Below, in pieces: positions 1 to 8,900 of a stretch of 64,000 nucleotides of DNA. The stretch's first letter is position 1. Every line of letters starts with the position of its first letter. This DNA comes from Thermoanaerobaculia bacterium. Its GTDB lineage: Bacteria; Acidobacteriota; Thermoanaerobaculia; UBA5066. The notes beneath the pieces were generated by a model, which was not told where the DNA came from, did no database searches, and saw only the letters and a program-made list of their open reading frames with translations. Where the stretch lies: the NCBI GenBank assembly GCA_963719225.1, contig CAVRAY010000001.1, positions 800,001-864,000 on the forward strand, in the 5' to 3' direction. The position numbers and the translations under genes were made by a program.

Positions 1-2610
1 CGCGCCCGCCGACACGAGGTTTACGAAGAAGCGGTACGCGCCGGGGACGCCGGCCGGCAGCTGCCGGAAGAACGCGTATCCGGTGTAGACGAACGCGCCC
101 TTTCCGTGCCGCGCGAAGAGGAGGCCGCCGGGTTTCGCGCCCTCGCCGGGATCGTGCGTCTCGATCGTCGTCTCGTAGCGGGGGTCCCACGTTCCCGGGA
201 AGTAGAGGCCGCGCTCCTGCACCCACCCGTCGAAATCGGCCGGCGTCAGCCTGTTCGGAAAGTTGAGAAGCGAGCTCCCGGGGTTCAGGAATTTCACCGG
301 GGCTTCCTCGACGGTGACGCGATCCCGGGAGATCTTGAAGGGGTACGGCCCGATCTGTTCCGTGACGAGGTCTCCCGTCGTGTTGTACTGCGCCACGAGC
401 GTGCCGCCTTTCTCGACGTAATCCTCGAGCCGCGCCTGGGCGAGCTTCAGACGCGGGCGCGTGTTGTAGGCGCGAATTCCGGTCACGATCGCGGCATAGC
501 GCGACAGATCGCCGTTCTCGAGCTCGTCGTCGGCGAGGAGGGTCACGGTGTAGCCCATCTGACGCAGCGCGTCGGGGACCTCATCGCCGGAGCCCATGAC
601 GTAGCCGACGGGCGCCTGCGGCGCTTTCACGTCGAGACGCAGGACTTTCGCCTCGGCGGGAGGAAACAGCGTCCGAGGGGAGATGTGCGGATAGTCGACG
701 CGCACGAGACCGCGCGCATGCACTTTTCCGCTCACGACCGCTTCGGCCGTGAGCGTCGCCACGGAAGATCCGGCAGGCGGCGTCACGGTGAACGTCACCG
801 CCTTCTCCTCGCCGCGCGCCGTGAACGCGAACGGCACCTCGGCCGGCGACGCGGCGAACCCGGACGCCGTCTTCAACCGCAGCACTCCCGAGACGGCGGC
901 GCCGGCCGTCAGCGTGACCCGCACCTTCTTCGGCTTCTCGGTCTCGAACGCGTAGACCTTCTCGTCGAACGTCGCCGTCACGGGCGGCGTGATGACGAAC
1001 GGGCGGTACATCTCGCCCTTGACGGGGTCCGTGCGGCGGAAGACGACGGGCGCCTCGAGCGGGATCGGGACTCCGTCGACTCGGACCGTGAAGCGCGCGA
1101 CGAGAGGCGGCGGGTTCTCGGGGAGGCCGATGAGGGCCGGGTCGGTCACGGTGAATAGTCCCTTTCCAGGCCGGTCCCTCAACCAGTAGGGTTGCGTCGT
1201 CTCGACGTCTCCGGGCAGGGTCAGCGAGATCTCCCGCCGCAGCGGCTCGTTCTGCGCGAGGGCGCCGCCCTCTCCGGGCGCGCCCGCGTACGTCACCGAG
1301 ACCGTCTCGAGCGTCGCCGGTCGGGGCGAGCGGTTCAGGATCATCGTCGCGACCTTCACGCTCGCGCCGGGCGCGGCGGAAGGCTCGCTCGCGACCGCCT
1401 CGACCCAGACGCCGAGACAGGCGCGGATCGCGTCGGCGATGTCGTGGCGCTTGCGCGCGAGGAGGGGGTCCATTTGCTTCGGACCCTCTCCGCGCTTGCT
1501 GCCTTCTCGCGAGGTCGTTTCGGGGATCTGCTTAGAAGGTGAATTGGGCGGCGTGCTCGCCGATTCGGTCACTCGCCCGAGGAGCGTCCATGCTTCGACC
1601 AGCTGGGGAACCGAGGCCGCCGGATCCGTTGGGCGAAATGCCTCCTCCACCTTTCTAAGAATTCTTCCGACTTCCTCTCCCTTCGGCCCATACCGCCCCC
1701 ACGACAGGTCGATTCCCTCGAAGAGGTCCTTCTCCGCCGGCGCGCCCGCGATGTTCTTGAAGTCGTTGAGCCACGTGCCGCGCCGCTCGGCGGAGCCGAA
1801 ACCCTGGCTCTTGTGCATGGACCGGCTGAGCGCCGCGATCTCGGTGTACGAGCGGCCCAGGAGCGCGTTGTAGGCACCGAGGTCCGCCGTGACCTGTCCG
1901 GGCACGTCCTTGCGCGGCGCGTCGCCGCCGAAGCGGAAGACGTTCCAGACAAGCCGTTTCGGCTGCCACGGCGTGAGGACGTCGAGCTGGTCGGGAAACC
2001 GCGACGGGTCGCCCGCGGCCTTGAACGCCTCCTCCGCGAGAATCGCCGAGGCGGTGTGGTGGCCGTGGCCGCCTTCGCCGGTCGTCGGGAAGCGCGTGAC
2101 GATCACGTCCGGCCGGAACGTGCGGATGACGCGCACGGTGTCCGCGAGCACCTGCTCCTTCCCCCAGATCCGGAGCGTTTCCTCGGGGGTCTTCGAATAG
2201 CCGAAGTCGACCGCGCGGGAGAAGAACTGCTTCGCCCCGTCGAGGCGGCGCGCCGCGAGAAGCTCCTGCGTCCTGAGGACGCCGATGAGCTCGCCTGACT
2301 CGGTGCCGATGAGATTCTGGCCTCCGTCGCCGCGCGTCATCGACAGGTACCCCGCGTCCACGAGCCTCTCGCGGGAGGCCCATGCGAGGAACGCCGTGTT
2401 CTCGTCATCGGGGTGGGCCGCGACGTAGAGGACGCCGCCGACGACGTTCAGCTTCGCGAGCGCGAGCCGGATCTCGGCTGCATTCGGTGCCTCGGCGGGA
2501 GCCGCGGCGAGCAGGACGGGCGAGTCCGCCACGGAAACCGCGAACGCCGCGAAGAGCGCGAGGACGAGGAGGACGGCCGCCGGCCGGCGGGAAGAGAGGC
2601 GTCGCGTCAT
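1..2610 (-). CDS. PIG-L/LmbE family deacetylase, secreted multi-domain protein (3' end runs off the window edge)
   Basis: Manual translation, absent from the ORF track because no stop lies in the window: signal peptide MTRRLSSRRPAAVLLVLALFAAFAVS, motifs AAHPDDE, TRGDGGQN, DFGYSKT and GHGHH, and C-terminal GYVMGSGD...GIRAYN...QERGLYF...FFRQLPAGVPGAYR. Confidence 0.9.
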   Translation of the reverse strand, partial: MTRRLSSRRPAAVLLVLALFAAFAVSVADSPVLLAAAPAEAPNAAEIRLALAKLNVVGGVLYVAAHPDDENTAFLAWASRERLVDAGYLSMTRGDGGQNLIGTESGELIGVLRTQELLAARRLDGAKQFFSRAVDFGYSKTPEETLRIWGKEQVLADTVRVIRTFRPDVIVTRFPTTGEGGHGHHTASAILAEEAFKAAGDPSRFPDQLDVLTPWQPKRLVWNVFRFGGDAPRKDVPGQVTADLGAYNALLGRSYTEIAALSRSMHKSQGFGSAERRGTWLNDFKNIAGAPAEKDLFEGIDLSWGRYGPKGEEVGRILRKVEEAFRPTDPAASVPQLVEAWTLLGRVTESASTPPNSPSKQIPETTSREGSKRGEGPKQMDPLLARKRHDIADAIRACLGVWVEAVASEPSAAPGASVKVATMILNRSPRPATLETVSVTYAGAPGEGGALAQNEPLRREISLTLPGDVETTQPYWLRDRPGKGLFTVTDPALIGLPENPPPLVARFTVRVDGVPIPLEAPVVFRRTDPVKGEMYRPFVITPPVTATFDEKVYAFETEKPKKVRVTLTAGAAVSGVLRLKTASGFAASPAEVPFAFTARGEEKAVTFTVTPPAGSSVATLTAEAVVSGKVHARGLVRVDYPHISPRTLFPPAEAKVLRLDVKAPQAPVGYVMGSGDEVPDALRQMGYTVTLLADDELENGDLSRYAAIVTGIRAYNTRPRLKLAQARLEDYVEKGGTLVAQYNTTGDLVTEQIGPYPFKISRDRVTVEEAPVKFLNPGSSLLNFPNRLTPADFDGWVQERGLYFPGTWDPRYETTIETHDPGEGAKPGGLLFARHGKGAFVYTGYAFFRQLPAGVPGAYRFFVNLVSAGA
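1531..1661. repeat. Convergent pair of the dispersed TTCTTAGAAGGT motif
   Basis: CTTAGAAGGTGAA at 1531-1543 and inverted CTCCACCTTTCTAAGAA at 1645-1661. Confidence 0.7.
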
Positions 2611-2644
2611 GCGGGGATTCTAGGGGCAGGGGCTCGCGATCGGC

Positions 2645-3925
2645 TCAGTCCGGCGCGGGCTTCCCGAAGGTCTCCGTGATCGCGAACGTGAGGAGGCAAG
2701 CAAGGAGCAGCATGCCGAGGTTCGTGAGAAACGCGGCGCGATAGCCCGCGACGGGATAGCGTCGCGCGCCGCCTTCGAGGACGCCGAGCCAGTGCGCATC
2801 GAGGATCCGGCCGAGAACGTTCTGTGTCACCGCCGCGCCCAGGAAGCCGCCCGCATTCACCGTGGCCGTCGCGATGCCGCTGAACCGTGGCGGATTTACG
2901 TCGCGTGCGAGGGCCCATGTGAGCGTGAAGCAGCTCGTCGCGAGACCCAGCAGGAAGCAGAGAGGCCCGAGAAGGGCGCGCGGCGGTCCCGCGGAAGGGA
3001 CGCAGACGCAGGCCCAGACGGCCGCGTAGGCGAGCGTGAACAGAATGTAGGGAAGGCGCCGCGCCCGGAAGACCTTGTCGGAGAGGAAGCCGGCCGTCGG
3101 CGCTCCGAGGATGACGCCGATGCTGACGAGGGACACGATCCCCGCGGCCTCCTTCGCCGTCATCCCGTAGACGTCCCGCATCCACGGGACCGCCCAGAGG
3201 CCGGAGAACGAGAGATACGTCCCGTACTGGAAGAAGAAGACGGCGAACATCGGCCACGTCCTCCGGTTTCCGAACACCGTCCGATAGCCCTCGGCCACCG
3301 AGACGCGAGGGACCGCTCCGCGCGCCAAGGGCGGCGGAAGGCCTGCGTCCTCGGGCCGGTCGCGTACGACGGCGAGGCAGAGGCCCGCGAGGGCGAGCGA
3401 AAGCACCGCCACGCCGCCGAACGTCGCGCGCCAGCCGAGGGCGGCGACAACGAGCGCCAGTGGGGCCGTCGCGAGGAGGCCCCCGAGGTTTCCGGCGACT
3501 TGCGTGAGGCCCGACCACGTCCCGAACTCGTCCGGCCTCCACCAGGCGCCCACCTGCTTGAGCATTCCGATGAACACGACGGAAGCGCCCGCACCCACGA
3601 CGAGCCGCGCTCCGTACGCGACGGGCAGGACGCGCGCGGCAGCGAAAACCGCTCCGCCCGCCGCCATCATGGCCGCGCCCGCCGCCACGGCGCGCCGCGG
3701 CCCCCACGCATCCACGGCCGCGCCCACGACGAACTGCATCGCGGCGAACGCGTAGAGGTAGAGGGCGGCCATCGTGGCGACCTCGACTCCCGTCGCCGCG
3801 AAGCTCGCCATGAGGTCTTTCGCGAGGACGGCCGGCGCGATCCGGTGGAAATAGGACACGACGTAGACGAGCGCGAGGACGCCCCAGATGCGCAGCCGGA
3901 TGGCGGCGAACGACCCTTCCCTCAC
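2645..3925 (-). CDS. MFS transporter
   Basis: About 12 hydrophobic helices and motif-A-like GAAVDAWGPRR; GTG start overlaps the amidase stop (GTGA). Confidence 0.9.
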   Translation of the reverse strand: MREGSFAAIRLRIWGVLALVYVVSYFHRIAPAVLAKDLMASFAATGVEVATMAALYLYAFAAMQFVVGAAVDAWGPRRAVAAGAAMMAAGGAVFAAARVLPVAYGARLVVGAGASVVFIGMLKQVGAWWRPDEFGTWSGLTQVAGNLGGLLATAPLALVVAALGWRATFGGVAVLSLALAGLCLAVVRDRPEDAGLPPPLARGAVPRVSVAEGYRTVFGNRRTWPMFAVFFFQYGTYLSFSGLWAVPWMRDVYGMTAKEAAGIVSLVSIGVILGAPTAGFLSDKVFRARRLPYILFTLAYAAVWACVCVPSAGPPRALLGPLCFLLGLATSCFTLTWALARDVNPPRFSGIATATVNAGGFLGAAVTQNVLGRILDAHWLGVLEGGARRYPVAGYRAAFLTNLGMLLLACLLTFAITETFGKPAPD

Positions 3926-5340
3926 GCCGGCGGGCGCTTCTTGTGCCACTCCGTGCGCGCCTGGTACGCGGCGCCGAGTGCGACGAGCGTCTCGTCCGAG
4001 AACGCTCGGCCCGTGAGCTGGAACGCCGTGGGGAGGCCTTTCTCGCCGAAGCCGTTCGGCACGGAGAGCGCGGGCTGGCCCACGAGGTTTCCCGCCGGAA
4101 TGACGGCCGGGCCGCCGCCGACGCCGGGATACGCCTTGTCGAAGTCCGGGCCGATCGGGTATGCGACCGTCGCCCTCGTGGGCGAGACGAGCGCGTCGAA
4201 TTTCGCGTAGAGCGCGTCCAGAGCCTTCTTCATCGGCGCGCGCAGGCGCAGCGCCTGGATGTAGTCCACCGCGAGGACCATGGATGCCGCGTAGCCGCCC
4301 CAGCGGTCGTTCGGGACCTTGAGCTCCCGGGTGCGGCCGCTCTCGATGAGATCGCGGAAGGCGCTCGCGCCCTCGGCCGCCACGATCGTCCCGACCGCCG
4401 GCCCGTACGGGAACTCGGGGTACGTCACGTCGGGCACGATCTCGCAAAAGGCTTCGAAGACCTTCAAGGAGGCTTCGAAGTTCTTCCGCACCTCGGGCTG
4501 GACCTTTTCCGTCGTGCCCTTGATGACGCCGATCCGGAAGCGCCGTGGCTTCCCGCCCGCGGAAGGCACGCGCGCCGGCGCGAAGGGACGCGCGAGAGAC
4601 GTCGGGTCCTTCGGGTCGCGCCCCGCGATCGCGGCCATGACGAGACCGCAATCCTCCGCCGAACGGCACATCGGGCCGAGCTTGTCGAGCGTCCAGCAGA
4701 GCGCCATCGCGCCATGCCGGCTCACGCGGCCGTACGTCGGCCTGAGGCCGGTCACGCCCGAGAACGCGGCGGGCGTCAGGATGGAGCCCGAGGTCTCCGA
4801 GCCGATCGAGAACCCCACGAGGCCGGCGGCCATGGCGGCGCCGGGCCCCGAGGACGACCCGCCCGACCAGAAGTCCGTGTTCCACGGCGTGCGGCCGGGT
4901 CCCGTGAACGACGCGTCCGCGTTGTTGTAGCCGAGGCCGCCCGCGAGCTCGACCATCGCGAGCTTCCCGACGAGGACGGCGCCCGCGTCGTGCAGCTTCC
5001 TGACGACTGTCGCGTCCTCGTCGAAGACCTGAGTCCGGTACGGCTCGGCCCCCCACGTCGTGGGGATGCCCTTCGTCGCGAGGAGGTCCTTCACGCCGTA
5101 AGGCACGCCGTGGAGCGGCCCGCGCCATTTTCCGGCCGCGAGCTCGGCCTCCGCCGCCTTCGCCTCCGCGAGCGCGCGGTCTTTCGTGATCGTCACGACG
5201 GCGCCGTACCTCGGACCGAGGCGCTCGAGCCTGTCGAGCGCGCCCTCGGCGAGGGCGACGGGCGAGATTTCCCGCGCCTTGAGCTTCTTCGAGAGCTCGC
5301 TGACGGGAAGAAAGAAGACGTCGTCGCCGGGCGCAGCCAT
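3922..5340 (-). CDS. Amidase-signature family protein (GatA-like)
   Basis: GPLHGVPYGVKD, GGSSSG and IGSETSGSI (Ser-cisSer-Lys triad); start MAAPGDD at 5340. Confidence 0.92.
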   Translation of the reverse strand: MAAPGDDVFFLPVSELSKKLKAREISPVALAEGALDRLERLGPRYGAVVTITKDRALAEAKAAEAELAAGKWRGPLHGVPYGVKDLLATKGIPTTWGAEPYRTQVFDEDATVVRKLHDAGAVLVGKLAMVELAGGLGYNNADASFTGPGRTPWNTDFWSGGSSSGPGAAMAAGLVGFSIGSETSGSILTPAAFSGVTGLRPTYGRVSRHGAMALCWTLDKLGPMCRSAEDCGLVMAAIAGRDPKDPTSLARPFAPARVPSAGGKPRRFRIGVIKGTTEKVQPEVRKNFEASLKVFEAFCEIVPDVTYPEFPYGPAVGTIVAAEGASAFRDLIESGRTRELKVPNDRWGGYAASMVLAVDYIQALRLRAPMKKALDALYAKFDALVSPTRATVAYPIGPDFDKAYPGVGGGPAVIPAGNLVGQPALSVPNGFGEKGLPTAFQLTGRAFSDETLVALGAAYQARTEWHKKRPPA

Positions 5341-5699
5341 CAGGCGCCTCCCGGCAGTTCCGCGAAGAAGACGATGTCCGGCTCGTCGGCGTTCGTGAGA
5401 GGAACCTTCTTCATCGCCTCGGCCCCGCGGAGACGCCCGTCGAGGGCTTTCGCGATCTCCGAGAGCTGCTCGCCGGACAGGTGCCGGCCCCAGCGGATGC
5501 GCACGACCTCCGTGAGCGCCTCGGCGGCCGAGGACGGGGCCTCGGGCGTGGGGACCGGCGTCGGAGACGGTGCGGGAGACGGCGCGGGAGCCGTCTGGCC
5601 GAGGGCGGTCGCCGCGCCCGAAAGGGCCGGCGCGGCCGCAGCGAGCGCGAGGCTCTTCGCGAAGAGACGGCGCGAGGGCGAGAGGTTGGGGTCGGACAT
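5340..5699 (-). CDS. Small Tat-signal protein coupled to the amidase (GatC-like size and position)
   Basis: SRRLFAK twin-arginine motif, Pro/Thr linker, C-terminal PLTNADEPD; stop overlaps the amidase ATG. Confidence 0.75.
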   Translation of the reverse strand: MSDPNLSPSRRLFAKSLALAAAAPALSGAATALGQTAPAPSPAPSPTPVPTPEAPSSAAEALTEVVRIRWGRHLSGEQLSEIAKALDGRLRGAEAMKKVPLTNADEPDIVFFAELPGGA

Positions 5700-5739
5700 T
5701 TGTCGCCTCCGTCAAAGTTCGGGGTGATTCAAATGTATC

Positions 5740-5769
5740 TTGATTCCACCGGCGTCGCTCCGCGATAAT
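5740..5769 (+). promoter_or_regulatory. Sigma70-type promoter for the gltB leader
   Basis: TTGATT (5740-5745), 18-nt spacer, GATAAT (5764-5769), 9 nt before the leader ATG. Confidence 0.65.
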
Positions 5770-5778
5770 TCCCTCGCG

Positions 5779-5889
5779 ATGGCGAAGACCTCGACGGCGA
5801 CTACCAAGACCACGAAGAACGTGGGCGAGGCCGTCATTGGCCTCGTCCTTACGAAGCGTGCTGCGGCGGGGGGCGGGCGAGGGGATTAA
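5779..5889 (+). CDS. Putative attenuator leader peptide, 36 aa
   Basis: MAKTSTATTKTTKNVGEAVIGLVLTKRAAAGGGRGD*; its 3' end is complementary to the 5' arm of the downstream terminator. Confidence 0.75.
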   Translation: MAKTSTATTKTTKNVGEAVIGLVLTKRAAAGGGRGD

Positions 5890-5913
5890 GGTACACGGCG
5901 ACACGGAAATCCC

Positions 5914-5946
5914 AAGGCCCGCTCCCAGGAGGGAGCGGGCCTTTTT
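5914..5946 (+). terminator. Intrinsic terminator (attenuator) upstream of gltB
   Basis: 13-bp stem AAGGCCCGCTCCC/GGGAGCGGGCCTT with AGGA loop, ending in TTTTTCGTT. Confidence 0.85.
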
Positions 5947-5974
5947 CGTTCTGGCGGTAAGAAAGAGGAGAGAC

Positions 5975-8900
5975 GTGGAAAGAGGGAGCGCGCCGCGACG
6001 GTGGACGGACGGGGTCAGCCCCGCGCGAAACCCGTTCCGTGAGCAGGACGCCTGCGGCGTCGGCTTCGTCGCGCACCCGCGCCACTCCTCGCATCGGGTC
6101 CTGAGGCTCGCGCTCGGGGGGCTCGCCCGCGTCGCGCACCGCGGCGCGACGGGCGCGGACCGGACGGGCGACGGCGCCGGGATCCTGACCCGCATTCCCG
6201 AGAAGCTCTTCCGCCGCGAGGCGGAGCGGCTGGGGATTCCTCTTCCCGACGGGGCGCCTTTCGCGATCGGGACGTTCTTCTTTCCGCGCGTGAACGACGC
6301 GCAGCTCTGGTCGATGGAGCTCGTCGAGAAGACGTTCGCCGCCGAGGGGCTGCCGTTCCTCGGATGGCGCACCGTGCCCGTCCGGACCGAGCGGCTGGGC
6401 CCTGCGGCCGAAGAGGCGAGGCCGGCGATCTTCCAGGCCTTCGTCGGTCCTCCGCGTGACCGGGACGCCGCCGAGTGGGAACGAACGCTCTATCTGGCGG
6501 GACGCGTCGCCGCGCGGCGGGCGCGCCAGGCGAGGCTCCACGGCTTCTGGGTCGTGTCTCTCTCGTCGAGGACCATCGTCTACAAGGCGCTCCTGACCGG
6601 GACGGAGCTGAAGCCCTTCTATTCCGACCTCGAGGACTCCGACTACGAGACACCGATCGCCGTCTTCCACCAGAGGTATTCCACGAACACGGTTCCGAGC
6701 TGGAGCCTCGCGCAGCCGTTCCACCTCCTCGCGCACAACGGCGAGATCAACACGTTGTGGGGAAACCGGAACGCGATGCGCGCGCGCGAACCCGAGCTGT
6801 CGTCCCCGGTCTGGAACGGCCGCCTTCCGCGCCTCCTCCCCGTCCTGACCGACGAGGGCAGCGACTCGACGAGCCTCGACGAGGCGCTCGAGCTCCTCGT
6901 GCGATCGGGTCGCGACCCGCTTCACGCGCTCACGATGCTGATTCCCGACGCTCCCCAGGGCGAGGCCGATGACGCCCTGCGTGCGTTCTACGATTTTCAC
7001 GCGGGCCTCGTCGAGCCGTGGGACGGACCCGCGGCCGTCGCCTTCTCGGACGGAATCGTGGCCGGCGCGCACCTCGACCGCAGCGGCCTTCGTCCCCTGC
7101 GCTTCAAGATCGCGCGGGACGGGCTCGTCGTGGCCGCTTCGGAAGCGGGAATCGTCGACCTCGAGCCCGAGGACGTCGTGGAGAGCGGGCGCCTCGGCCC
7201 GGGCGAGACGATCGCGGTCGACACGGCGACGGGAGAGGTGCTCCGCGACGCGGACGTGAAAGCCCGCCTCGCCGCGCGGCGGCCCTGGGGCGCGTGGGTG
7301 AAGCGGCATCTCGTACACGTCACGAAGGTGGAGGTCCCTCTTCCTCCCCCGCCCGACGAGGACCTCGTCAGGTTCCAGAGCGCCCGGGGATGGGGCGTCG
7401 AGGACGTCAAGTACGTCCTGGCCCCGATGGCGGCCGGAATGGAACCGGTCTTCAGCATGGGCGACGACGCTCCGATCCCGCCGCTCGCGAAATCCCTACA
7501 GCCGCTCTACTCGTTCTTCCGCCAGCGCTTCGCCCAGGTCACGAATCCGCCGATCGACTCGCTGCGCGAGACGCTCGTCATGTCGCTTCGCATGGACCTC
7601 GGGAAGGGAGGCTCGCTCCTCCTCGAGGAGCCCGGCGACGCCCACTTCCTGACGCTGGAGCATCCGGTCCTCCTCGAGGACGAGATGGCGGGCGTCTTCG
7701 CCGCGTCGGCGTTCAGGCCCGTGACTCTCGACGCGACGTTCCCCGCCGACGACGGGGAGCGCGCCCTGACCGCCGCGCTCGAGGAGCTGTCGCATCGCGC
7801 CGAGGCGGCGGTGCGCGCGGGTTCGGAGATCCTCGTGATCACCGACCGCGGCGCCACGAAGGAACGCGTTGCGATTCCCTCGCTCCTCGCGCTCGGCGCG
7901 GTCCGCGAGCACCTCCTCCGCACGGGCCTGCGCTACCGCGTCGGCCTCGTCGTGGAGAGCGGCGACGCGCGCGACGTGCATCACTTCGCGGTCCTCTGCG
8001 GGTTCGGGGCCGAGGCGGTCCACCCGTGGCTCGCGCTCGCGTCCGTGCGGGCGCTCGCCGCGCGGGAGGACGTTCCCGGCGACGCCGCAGCCACGTTCCG
8101 GGTCTCGGCCGAGAAGGGGCTCCGCAAGGTCATCGCGAAGATGGGGATCTCCGCGCTGTCTTCGTATTGCGGAGGTCAGGTCTTCGACGCGCTCGGGCTC
8201 GCGCCCGAGGTGATGGAGCGCTGCTTCCGGGGAACCTCCTCGCCGCTCGGCGGCCTCGGATTCGCCGAAATCGCCTCGGACGTCCTCGCGTCCCATCGCG
8301 CGGCGTGGGAAGGCGCTCCGCTGCCCGACCACGGCCGCGTGCGCTATCGCAAGGACACCGAAGAGCACGCGTGGTCGCCGCCGGTCGTCGTCTCCCTCCA
8401 GAAGGCGGCGAAGGGAACGGACGGCGCGTGGGAGGAGTTCCGCGAGAAGGCCGACGCGCGAGGCGCTTCGGTGCCGCGGGACCTGCTCGGCTTCGCTCCG
8501 CGGCAGGCCGTGCAAGTCGAGGAGGTCGAGAGCGCCGAGGAGATCCGCAAGCGCTTCATCGTCTCGGCGATGTCGCTCGGCGCCCTTTCCCCGGAGATGC
8601 ACGAGACGCTCGCGATCGCGATGAACCGGATCGGGGCCCGATCGAATTCCGGCGAGGGCGGCGAGGACCCGGCGACCTGGGAAGACTCCGGCGGCGAACG
8701 CCGGGACAACAAGATCAAGCAGGTCGCCTCCGCGCGCTTCGGCGTCACGGCCCGGTACCTCGTGAGGGCAGACGAGCTCGAGATCAAGATGGCCCAGGGC
8801 GCAAAGCCGGGGGAAGGCGGCCAGCTGCCCGCGCACAAGAACTCGCCGCTCATCGCGCGGCTGAGGCTCACGGTGCCGGGCATTCCACTCATCTCGCCGC

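Noticed and set aside
3922-5699. gatCA of the tRNA-dependent amidotransferase
   Set aside because: No gatB is present, the small protein has a Tat signal, and the amidase has SETSGS rather than the GatA-typical SDTGGS
5837-5974. ORF-track TTG start of gltB at 5837
   Set aside because: It would run through the terminator; GTG 5975 has an SD and gives a normal short propeptide before the catalytic Cys
2645-6372. Apparent long fusions in the ORF track (MFS 827 aa, amidase 816 aa, kinase 1617 aa, GH3 839 aa, LysA 657 aa)
   Set aside because: The N-terminal extensions are off-frame read-through of upstream genes; the real starts lie at stop/start overlaps or after -10 boxes
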